Assembly: GCA_016933055.1 (NCBI GenBank) | Contig: JAFGBS010000033.1 | Span: 30,001-62,000, forward strand | DNA length: 32,000 nucleotides | DNA from: Promethearchaeota archaeon | Lineage (GTDB): Archaea > Asgardarchaeota > Lokiarchaeia > Sigyniarchaeales > Promethearchaeaceae | Direction of reading: 5' to 3' | Part shown: piece after piece, positions 1-8,364 of the stretch | Position numbering within the stretch: the first letter of the stretch is position 1 | Layout of the letters: each line of letters opens with the position of its first letter | Program-made: the position numbers and the translations under genes | The notes under the pieces: model-generated | The model's input: only the letters and a program-made list of their open reading frames with translations | Database searches by the model: none | What the model was told of the DNA's origin: nothing

Positions 1-48
1 AGAGTCTTTCTCCATCGCAGAAAGCAATTTTACATCAATATGATCCAT
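1..48 (-). CDS. 5' end of a probable Lrp/AsnC-type winged-HTH transcriptional regulator (runs off window)
   Basis: The minus strand from the ATG at 48 reads MDHIDVKLLSAMEKDS, matching the MDxxDxxIL..L..D start of Lrp/AsnC regulators, and is preceded by a purine-rich GAAGGGTG. Only 16 codons are visible. Confidence 0.45.
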   Translation of the reverse strand, partial: MDHIDVKLLSAMEKDS

Positions 49-253
49 TTACGTACACACACCCTTCTTTTTTGTTTGGTGGCAATGGACCCAATGAGAG
101 GATCCTTGCCGTTGGTTTTGGTTGGGAAATTTTACTTTTTAAATATTTGGGGAAATATTACATACCGGTAAGAAACCCAAATTTCTTTACGGAAGTATTG
201 GTTGCGGAGTATATTTTCGATTTTCCGATGAAAATCGTGAATTACATTATATC

Positions 254-277
254 GTCGATTTAAGTCGCAAATTGTCG
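254..277. repeat. Three GTCG boxes at exact 10-bp periodicity
   Basis: The 10-mers ATCGTCGATT / TAAGTCGCAA / ATTGTCGATG place GTCG at 254, 264 and 274. Confidence 0.5.
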
Positions 278-626
278 ATGATTGTAAGATTTGATAGATT
301 TCTTCAATATATATTACTGTATTCTTGTAAATATTCCAAGAAGTATTACAATTATTACTATTGATATAGGGTGTTGCTATGGAGATAATATCCAGATATT
401 GCTAAGTGTATTTTTGAATACTTAGGTTGAGAATTGTGGAGAAAACTTTTGTGTCATTATCGATCGCATAAGATAGATGAATATTTTGAAAATTCTCTCT
501 AAATGTTGCTAAATTTAGTTAGCTACAATCTAAATTGGATCAAACTTGTGCTATGATCTAAGGTTTCCTCGAGTTTTCATCATTTATCTCGATAACAACT
601 TATTTCAAATTCATAAAATACAAATT

Positions 627-636
627 AAAAAAAAAA
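627..636 (-). terminator. Oligo-T (T10) archaeal terminator for the MFS gene
   Basis: A10 run on + strand, 14 bp downstream of the stop of the 651..2150 minus-strand gene. Confidence 0.5.
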
Positions 637-650
637 TGAAAATATTGTGG

Positions 651-2150
651 TTATTCTCGTCGTAACTTTTTGTAGGTAGGACTAACCTTCCCTTCTTTAG
701 CTAATTCTTCAATATAGGCTTGTTCTTTTTCCAGATGAATCTGATTTAATTTGGTTTTTTTCTCTTCCCATTTCGGTCCATGTAATTTATAAAAGATCAT
801 AAAGAATAGAACAAAGAGTAGGGCAGCGGCAGGGATCACAGTATAAGCCAAACGAATCCCAAATATCGCCGATTCGGGCTGAATTGGATTCGGAATTAAC
901 TCAGTGGGCTCAATAAATCCAAAAAATCCAACTACCCAAAAGAATAACGCATTAGCAGCGCTAATAGCAGGCTTAGTGAACAATGCATTCATACCAGCAT
1001 ATGTGGTCTCTCGTCTTTTTCCAGTCAATAGTTCATCCATATCAATGATTTCGAAATATAACGGAGCATTTAGCAGTGCAGCGGGTGCGTAAGTTATCCC
1101 CAAGAGCGTCATGACAATCAAAGCAAAAAATGAATCTTTTCCGCTCATGATAAATAACTCAATGAATAGAACAATGCTTAAGCTTAATGCTACCATGTAA
1201 GTCCTCTTATTTCCCCATTTTCGTGCTAAACGACTAGCAGGGAATGTGAAAATAAATACCATCAGAAAAATTGCCAGCAGAGGAATAGTAGCCCAAATTC
1301 CTTCATAACCTAAAACGTATCCTACAAATGGGGCCATTAATCCTGTTAATACTACCCACGCAATCTGATAGAAGAAATTACCAAACTCATAAATCAGAAA
1401 TTGAGTGTTTTTAAAGGTTTGAACTATTGATTGGAAAAATCCTAATTTTTCCTCTCTCACAGCATATTCATTTTCAATTAGATTAAAGCTAGGAATAAAC
1501 ACCATCAAAGAACCAACGAATGCAGTTATAATCATCGTCGGTCTAAACCAAGGGCTTATCGCTGATGAAGTACCTGACAAAAACACGGTCGTGAGTATCA
1601 TTGAGCCCAGCATGCCTATTGCTCCTAAATATACCGAGTAGACTTGGACATTTGCACGTCCTTTACCCGTGATGCACATCTCTGATGGTAAAGAGTAAGT
1701 AATCAATCCGATAATGGTAAATATCGTATCAAACAGGAATAGAGCAAGTAAAAAGTTCGCAAATAGAGCCCATTGTCTATTGGCAAAAATCAGATCTAGA
1801 AACGGATACCAGCAAAAAATGAATAAAATTCCGAATACTGGTGCACCATAGCGCAAATATGGAATACGTCTTCCCAACTTAGACTGAGTTTTGTCTTCTA
1901 ATATCCCGAATAAGGGATCATTCAGAGCGTTCCAGATTGCGAAAATTAACATAGCAAGTGCTACTTTTTCAGTGGTTAATCCCAATTTAAACGTGTAGAA
2001 TACCGAAAGAGGCCCATTTATAATGCCGGAGAGTAAACTCACTCCAGCACCTGCAATACCAAAACTCACTTTCTGTCCTACAGTAACCCGTTCATCCAGA
2101 AAAACCACTTCATTCGAATTTTTCTCAGACATAAAAATCTTTTCGTCCAT
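651..2150 (-). CDS. MFS transporter, glycoside-pentoside-hexuronide (GPH/MelB-like) family
   Basis: About 12 hydrophobic helices. GPH motifs WNALNDPLFG, DKTQSKLGRRIPY and D.DEL.TGKRRE..Y.G. Confidence 0.93.
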   Translation of the reverse strand: MDEKIFMSEKNSNEVVFLDERVTVGQKVSFGIAGAGVSLLSGIINGPLSVFYTFKLGLTTEKVALAMLIFAIWNALNDPLFGILEDKTQSKLGRRIPYLRYGAPVFGILFIFCWYPFLDLIFANRQWALFANFLLALFLFDTIFTIIGLITYSLPSEMCITGKGRANVQVYSVYLGAIGMLGSMILTTVFLSGTSSAISPWFRPTMIITAFVGSLMVFIPSFNLIENEYAVREEKLGFFQSIVQTFKNTQFLIYEFGNFFYQIAWVVLTGLMAPFVGYVLGYEGIWATIPLLAIFLMVFIFTFPASRLARKWGNKRTYMVALSLSIVLFIELFIMSGKDSFFALIVMTLLGITYAPAALLNAPLYFEIIDMDELLTGKRRETTYAGMNALFTKPAISAANALFFWVVGFFGFIEPTELIPNPIQPESAIFGIRLAYTVIPAAALLFVLFFMIFYKLHGPKWEEKKTKLNQIHLEKEQAYIEELAKEGKVSPTYKKLRRE

Positions 2151-2256
2151 TATGTTTAAAAAAGTATCTAACGATTCAAAGATAATAAAAACACCTTTAG
2201 ATTTTGTAGAAAATCAAATTGGTATGAAAATTTTAGTATATCGAACGTGATTCCAA

Positions 2257-3156
2257 ATGAAAAACACCCCATCGATAATACAAAAACTCGGATTTAATGC
2301 AGATGATAAAGTAGTAATTTTACATATTGATGATATAGGCTCCTCTCATTCATCAAATGTGGCATCTTTCGAATGTTTGGATTATCGAATCGCGAGTTGT
2401 GGTTCGATAATTGTTCCCGCTCCTTGGTTTTTAGAGGCCGTCGCGTTTTATAAGAAATTTCCAAAATATGACATGGGGGTACACCTCACCTTAACATGCG
2501 AGTATAATCTTTACCGGTGGCGTGCATTAAGCAGTGTTGATCCATGTACGGGACTCTTGGATTCAGAAGGTTGTCTTTGGAGAACCACTGAAGAAGCAAT
2601 TACTAATGTAACGACTATAGCAGCAGAGACAGAGCTACGAAAACAAATTCAGACAGCTTTAGATAACGGGATCGACGTAACACATATTGATACTCATATG
2701 GGAACGGTCATGGACCCAAAATTTCTTCCCATTTACTTGAAACTAGCTCGAGAATTTAAAATTCCTGCATTTTTACCTAAGGTCACAAGACCATTATTAC
2801 TTGAGAGAGGATTCGGGAAAAGTGCAGATTTTGTGTTGGAGATGTTCCAAAAATTAGAAACCTCAGGAGTTCCCATGTTAGATCATATCATTATTGATAC
2901 TGGAGGGGGATATGAAGATAAAACTGCGTATTATTATAAACTAATCTCCGAGATTGAAGCAGGTTTAACCCATCTGTTATTTCACGCTGCCAAGATTAGC
3001 CCTGAATTATGCGCAATCGACGCAGATTCAGCGGAGTGGCGTAATCAAGACTATGAAGCGTTCATTAATCCCCGATTAAAAGAATGTATCAAGGACAATG
3101 ATATAAAAATAATAGGATATAGAGAAATACGGGACTATCTTCGAACAAACGATTGA
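2257..3156 (+). CDS. YdjC/ChbG-family carbohydrate deacetylase
   Basis: Motifs HIDDIG, GVHLTL, THIDTHM, a C-terminal L.FH and WR..DY are typical of the YdjC family. Confidence 0.9.
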   Translation: MKNTPSIIQKLGFNADDKVVILHIDDIGSSHSSNVASFECLDYRIASCGSIIVPAPWFLEAVAFYKKFPKYDMGVHLTLTCEYNLYRWRALSSVDPCTGLLDSEGCLWRTTEEAITNVTTIAAETELRKQIQTALDNGIDVTHIDTHMGTVMDPKFLPIYLKLAREFKIPAFLPKVTRPLLLERGFGKSADFVLEMFQKLETSGVPMLDHIIIDTGGGYEDKTAYYYKLISEIEAGLTHLLFHAAKISPELCAIDADSAEWRNQDYEAFINPRLKECIKDNDIKIIGYREIRDYLRTND

Positions 3157-4134
3157 TCATCTTTTAATTTTAGATGGTAAATAAAAATCATATCGTTTTC
3201 CAAATATTTTCTTTGTTGCTCTATCCATTTTTCGAAATGCTTGAAATACCCGCCACATGTTTGCATCGCTTCTATAATATTTTTTTATTTCTTTCAGGTT
3301 AAGAGGTGTAAGACCAAACTCGCTCGCTTCTTTCTCAAAAAAATCGTTTACAATTTGAATCAACCTAGGTATTAGTTCGGGTCGCTGTTCTTTATAAAAA
3401 TTTGCGATTAAATCGGTTGTAACGAGTCGCATATCGTAATAACGATTCACCGTATCCTCTAAGAAAAGTGCTTTTAAGACCCATCTGAGAGATTTAGGTG
3501 CACTTTTCAGAAATAAGACCGCTTCCATCGCTTCGTTTCCATCCACTCGGTAAAGGGGCGTACTGGTGTCACAATACCAAAACTTACTTGTATCATAAAC
3601 ACGGACAGAAGCTTCATAATCTTCTAATATCCAATTAGAGATCTGTCCATCAATTCCTATTTCGTATTGTGTTTGAGAATAGTTAAATTTCCATACTTTA
3701 TGAAGTTCCCTCATCAATAATTGGACTAAGACCTCTATTTCTGATTCACTTAATTGGTGAATTAAGTGGTGTGCTACTGATTTTGGATCAAATTTTTTTT
3801 GAATACAATATAATGCAATAGGATTCTTTTCTTTTTTTCTTAAATCGGTATATACCCACTCTGTTCCAAAATCAGGTATGTTTAAACCTACTTTTTCCCG
3901 TAAAAGATTGTTATATTCGTTGTACGCTTTAATATGGCGTTCCACTTGTTCAACGGTGTCAAATATAGGGACTCGCTTTAACGCTAATCCTTTCCAATCC
4001 TCATGCAAGATCTCTATTACAATACTAATTTCACCAAATCCCAACATTTTAACAGGGGAGTCTCCCTTATCGGGATGGGTGGTATCCAGTTCCAATTCAA
4101 ACTTTTGTAAGAAATCTTTATCAACTTTGATCAT
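3157..4134 (-). CDS. DUF6206-like protein with protein-kinase-like (small-molecule phosphotransferase) motifs
   Basis: LGFGEIS (Gly-rich loop), ALKR (VAIK-like Lys), IDGQISNW (catalytic-loop-like D....N) and DTS (DFG-like). The DUF name is recalled from family resemblance. Confidence 0.6.
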   Translation of the reverse strand: MIKVDKDFLQKFELELDTTHPDKGDSPVKMLGFGEISIVIEILHEDWKGLALKRVPIFDTVEQVERHIKAYNEYNNLLREKVGLNIPDFGTEWVYTDLRKKEKNPIALYCIQKKFDPKSVAHHLIHQLSESEIEVLVQLLMRELHKVWKFNYSQTQYEIGIDGQISNWILEDYEASVRVYDTSKFWYCDTSTPLYRVDGNEAMEAVLFLKSAPKSLRWVLKALFLEDTVNRYYDMRLVTTDLIANFYKEQRPELIPRLIQIVNDFFEKEASEFGLTPLNLKEIKKYYRSDANMWRVFQAFRKMDRATKKIFGKRYDFYLPSKIKR

Positions 4135-5448
4135 TTACTTTTCCTCTTTGTTTGGTTTAGGGAGCGATAATAATGCTTTTTCAAGACGATGCATTATGTT
4201 TGAAACATCTTCTGAATTGAGTATCAAAGGTGGCATTAATTTTATAGTATCTTCCTTATTTCCGCAATAGTCAGCGAAGATACCATTTTCTATCATTCGG
4301 AGTGTCATGCCCACCCCGTAACGATGATTTGGAAATTCCATCCCCCACATTAATCCTCTTCCACGCACATCTACAATAATATCTTGAAGTAAGGGATTAT
4401 TCTTAAATTCTAAAAGCCCTTTTTCAAATTCTTTACTAATTTTTCTGACATGCTCTAAAAATTCTGGTGCTGAGATAATATCTAGCATTGTACGAGTTAC
4501 ATAGCATCCTAATTCGCTACCTCCCGTAGTACTAATATGGATAAATGGATCTTGTTCAAAAACTTCTCCGATGAATGATTTATAACTACATGTAGCAATC
4601 GGATATACACTAGAACTCATTCCTTTTGCTAGTACAATAATATCGGGAACTATTTTTTCATGAGGATAAAGTCCTCCATAAATCCCCCATAATTCTCCAG
4701 TTCGTCCTAATCCTGTTTGAACTTCATCCGCAATCATGATTACTCCTAGTTCATCACATAATTCTCGTATTCGAGTAAAATATCCTTCTTCTGGGATCAA
4801 AATGCCACCAGTCGCAGGAATCGTTTCCAAGATCACACAAGCCGTTTCTTCATCAATAACTTTCTCAAATTCTTCAATATCTCCAAAGGTTACTTGCTGA
4901 TAATCGGGTAAGTTCCACATGAAAGCATCCTTAAAACGCGCATTTCCAGCACCTAACGCTACTCCTGTCACTCCGTGATATCCTGTTTTAGCAGAAAGGA
5001 TCTTTTTTCGTTTTGTTGTGCTTCTTGAAAGTTTGATTGCTAAATCGATTGCTTCACCCCCTCCAACACAGAATTGGGTATTAGTAATGCCTCCAGGCAT
5101 CAATTCTGCGAGATTCTTAGCGAGAAGGGCTCTTTGTTCACTCAAGAGATGGTGATCTCCGATATCAAGACCAGCTTCAATTCCCCTCTTTAAGGCTTCT
5201 ATAATTTTTGGATAACCATGACCGAGATTAAACACCCCCCCACTGGTTCGGCAGTCGATCAATTGCATTGGTGGTGTATTTTTTCGAATCCCCTCCAACA
5301 TATGGATATAAATCCCCTCTCTTTTTCCTTGAATAGCCCCTAATCCCAGACTCTTAAAAAATTCAGCCTTCGGTTTAGAAATATATTTTGAATATAATTT
5401 TACCAGTTCCTTTTGTGATAGAGAACCAATGATTTTGTGTTCAGTCAT
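4135..5448 (-). CDS. Class III PLP-dependent aminotransferase (putrescine/acetylornithine aminotransferase-like)
   Basis: GGVFNLGH, GGGEAID.AIKL, YHG.T, DEVQTGLGRTG, LAKG (PLP lysine), RGRGLMWG and LMPPL. Confidence 0.93.
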   Translation of the reverse strand: MTEHKIIGSLSQKELVKLYSKYISKPKAEFFKSLGLGAIQGKREGIYIHMLEGIRKNTPPMQLIDCRTSGGVFNLGHGYPKIIEALKRGIEAGLDIGDHHLLSEQRALLAKNLAELMPGGITNTQFCVGGGEAIDLAIKLSRSTTKRKKILSAKTGYHGVTGVALGAGNARFKDAFMWNLPDYQQVTFGDIEEFEKVIDEETACVILETIPATGGILIPEEGYFTRIRELCDELGVIMIADEVQTGLGRTGELWGIYGGLYPHEKIVPDIIVLAKGMSSSVYPIATCSYKSFIGEVFEQDPFIHISTTGGSELGCYVTRTMLDIISAPEFLEHVRKISKEFEKGLLEFKNNPLLQDIIVDVRGRGLMWGMEFPNHRYGVGMTLRMIENGIFADYCGNKEDTIKLMPPLILNSEDVSNIMHRLEKALLSLPKPNKEEK

Positions 5449-5539
5449 TCAATATAACACTCAGAAAATCTTTCGTTAGCCTATCTTTTTGTAGTTCAGT
5501 AAATTAAAGGTTTTGAAAAGAAAGGAGAATAAAAAGTAT

Positions 5540-6844
5540 CTACTCCACCGCTGTTAAATCCGTACCCTTGGTTTCCTTAAGAAAAATGTGGATTAATGGT
5601 ATGTTTAAGAGTACTGGAATACCGAAAATGAGAAATGTAATACCTAATCCGATATGTTGAGTCGAAAATGCCCCAATAAAAAAACCTAAAGTAATTCCTA
5701 AGGACTGTACGAATGCACGAAATCCACTCCCCGTACCTCTACGATCAGTAGGTAAAATTTCAACTATGATGATTCTAAATAGAATCTGTAACCCATTATG
5801 ACCTATGTAACCCATGGTCATACCCATACTTATCAACAAAAATTCATTTGATCCCAATTTTCCCCCAAGATAAAGTAGAACACTTCCGATGGGAAGCATT
5901 GCGGAAAAGATGTAGAGTAAAAATTTGCGTCCAATTTTATCCGATAAGAACGCGATGACTAAATAAGCAATAATTATAGAAACTGCAATTATCATAATTA
6001 TATTACTGATTGCATCTTCCGTTAAACTGGTGTTACTTGCTGCAAAGGATTCAGCCATTTGAAGCAATAGATAATTTAAACCTAAAGTAAAACTCATAAA
6101 AGCAAGAACGAGAACTTCGGCTTTCCGCGTAGATTTAAACAACAATTTCAGATTTTTGTTGAATTTTGGTTTAAGTTCACTCTTAATTTTAATCGCATCT
6201 TTTTTCATCAATTCGAATTTAGATGATTCTTTAATTGTGAAGATCATTAACATTCCAAGGGGAAATGCTAAAGCTATTGGAAAATACGTCATTCCCCTCC
6301 ACGATCCAATCTCAGATCCCTCCGGTATGAAAATGTTACGAAATAACGGAATGAAAATGGGACCTAGAATCCCTAAAGCCATTACAATATTCGTGTAAAG
6401 GCCTCTATGTTTGGCATCTGATTCTTCCGTAATGTATATTAACCACATATCAGAACTGACAAACATATACGTGAACACTAAAAAAATTGTATAGGTTTGA
6501 ATGTTTACAGAGAAATTAAGCAGTAAAGCCGCTAAACCCATACCAAATGTTGTTAGTATTAACATCAGTTTTCGTCCAAATCGATCAGAAATACCTTGAC
6601 TGAAAAATACAAAATACATACCGAGTGTAGCTAAGCCAATTGAGAGATTCATGATGGAATCTGCTTTATTTTGAGAATATCCACTAAGAAATTCTTCAAT
6701 TATTTTCGAAGGAAATGATCCCGTGTAGGAAGCACTGTAAGAATCTAATAATTGAACAAAAACTAAGATTATCAATAAATAAATGAAATATCCCTTTTTT
6801 CTTTTTACGGTAGTGGCTCCTTTTTCATCAATCACATTAGACAT
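5540..6844 (-). CDS. MFS transporter
   Basis: 12 TM pattern with motif A twice (SDRFGRK, SDKIGRK), E..PTDRRG.G.G and a terminal KETKG. Confidence 0.92.
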   Translation of the reverse strand: MSNVIDEKGATTVKRKKGYFIYLLIILVFVQLLDSYSASYTGSFPSKIIEEFLSGYSQNKADSIMNLSIGLATLGMYFVFFSQGISDRFGRKLMLILTTFGMGLAALLLNFSVNIQTYTIFLVFTYMFVSSDMWLIYITEESDAKHRGLYTNIVMALGILGPIFIPLFRNIFIPEGSEIGSWRGMTYFPIALAFPLGMLMIFTIKESSKFELMKKDAIKIKSELKPKFNKNLKLLFKSTRKAEVLVLAFMSFTLGLNYLLLQMAESFAASNTSLTEDAISNIIMIIAVSIIIAYLVIAFLSDKIGRKFLLYIFSAMLPIGSVLLYLGGKLGSNEFLLISMGMTMGYIGHNGLQILFRIIIVEILPTDRRGTGSGFRAFVQSLGITLGFFIGAFSTQHIGLGITFLIFGIPVLLNIPLIHIFLKETKGTDLTAVE

Positions 6845-6961
6845 AGAATCCTTTCGACCAATTGTTGTATTAAAATGTTTTCTTCTCTAAGACTTGCATT
6901 TCTTAACATTTAATAACTTTATAACTGAATTATATTCCATTTAGAAACGAGTTGGATCCAC

Positions 6962-8335
6962 ATGACTGAAACACCGAAAAAACATAAAGGGACAAATCGA
7001 CAGAAAATTGCATTTGCGTTTGGAAATATCGGAGGTTTAGCTATCGCACAATCATCAATATTGCTATTATTCTCACATTACTATTCAAACCTTTCTATTC
7101 CACTTTCTGGATTAGGTATAGGTTTAATTTTAGTAATTTATGGAATATGGGATGCCATCAATGAACCATTATTAGGGCATATTTCCGACCTAACTCGTTC
7201 AAAATGGGGTAGACGCAAACCATTCATTATTATCGGATGTATTCCTCTAATAGTTTTTTCCGTCTTAATTTATACAGTACCCAATCTTAGTAAAATTTGG
7301 ACGTGGATCTATCTTTTGGTAGTACTAATCGGATATGAATCATTTGTAACCATGGTTGTGACTAGTTGGTATTCTCTGTACGCAGAAATGAGTTTGAATG
7401 AAAAAGAACGAGTCGACACTTCTAAGTTCATGCAAATGTTTGGGATTGTAGGTTTAGTCATTGGATTAGGGGTTGCACCTTTAATTGCTGGTTCCTTTTA
7501 TCCTAATCACATCCTTGGATATGGGGTTATGGGATTTGTATTAGCGATAATAACTGTTTGCGCAATGCTCCCGACTATTCTAATAGTGAAAGAAAATCCT
7601 GCCTACCAAATTCAAAAAGAAGAAAGATATCAATTTTTTGAATCCATGAAAACCTCATTTAAAAATAAGTCGTTTGTATTTTATGTGTTAGTTCAATTTC
7701 TGTTACAATTAGCTTATGCTGTGGTAGTTTCAAGCCTACCTTTGTTCTTTAAAGGGATTTTAAATTTGGGAGACCTTGAATATTCTTTAATATTATTAGC
7801 TGCTTTCATTACAGTCATCCCCTCGTTATTTCTTTGGATGAAAGTTGCAGAGAAAAAAGGAAGTAAATTCGCTTTAATAGCTTCAATGATTTGCTTTGGA
7901 ATAGTGTTTCCGTTTGTCTTCTTGATGAAAACAGTACCTATTGCCGTTATTATATTGTTATTAGCTGGGGTAGGCTTGTCCGGTTTAATGATGTTTCCTA
8001 CCGTGCTATTGGGAGACGTAATAGATGAAGATCAAACTATAACAATGAAAAGGAGAGAAGGTTATTATGCGGGGGTTTCGGGGGTTCTGATTAAATTATC
8101 TAGTGCACTTAGTTGGGGTATTATTGCGATATTTGTGACTTTTTTTAAAGTCCCTCGTGAAAATTTAGAGAGTATTACATTAACCGGGTTGCCTCGCCTT
8201 GGATTACAAATACTAGTCGGAGTGTTACCAGTAATAATTATAATTATTGGATTGCTATGCTTATGGAAATATCCTTTAACAGGCGACAGACTGAAATTAG
8301 TGAAAGAAAAAGTCGAGGAACTAAATAAATCTTAA
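6962..8335 (+). CDS. MFS transporter, GPH/MelB-like family
   Basis: WDAINEPLLGHISD.TRSKWGRRKPF, DVIDEDQ..T.KRREG.Y.G and about 12 TM segments. Confidence 0.93.
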   Translation: MTETPKKHKGTNRQKIAFAFGNIGGLAIAQSSILLLFSHYYSNLSIPLSGLGIGLILVIYGIWDAINEPLLGHISDLTRSKWGRRKPFIIIGCIPLIVFSVLIYTVPNLSKIWTWIYLLVVLIGYESFVTMVVTSWYSLYAEMSLNEKERVDTSKFMQMFGIVGLVIGLGVAPLIAGSFYPNHILGYGVMGFVLAIITVCAMLPTILIVKENPAYQIQKEERYQFFESMKTSFKNKSFVFYVLVQFLLQLAYAVVVSSLPLFFKGILNLGDLEYSLILLAAFITVIPSLFLWMKVAEKKGSKFALIASMICFGIVFPFVFLMKTVPIAVIILLLAGVGLSGLMMFPTVLLGDVIDEDQTITMKRREGYYAGVSGVLIKLSSALSWGIIAIFVTFFKVPRENLESITLTGLPRLGLQILVGVLPVIIIIIGLLCLWKYPLTGDRLKLVKEKVEELNKS

Positions 8336-8364
8336 TTACTCTCTAATTTAGGCGGTTAAAATCC

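Noticed and set aside
72-263. ORF-track 63-aa + strand ORF (frame open from 3)
   Set aside because: No recognisable motif and a TTG start. The open frame overlaps a more convincing minus-strand Lrp-like start at 48. It cannot be fully excluded as the 3' end of an upstream gene.
132-518. Minus-strand frame of 38 + 89 codons split by a single TAG (402-404); possible pseudogene or amber read-through
   Set aside because: No start codon, no homology-like motif and no pyl genes or other recoding evidence in the window.
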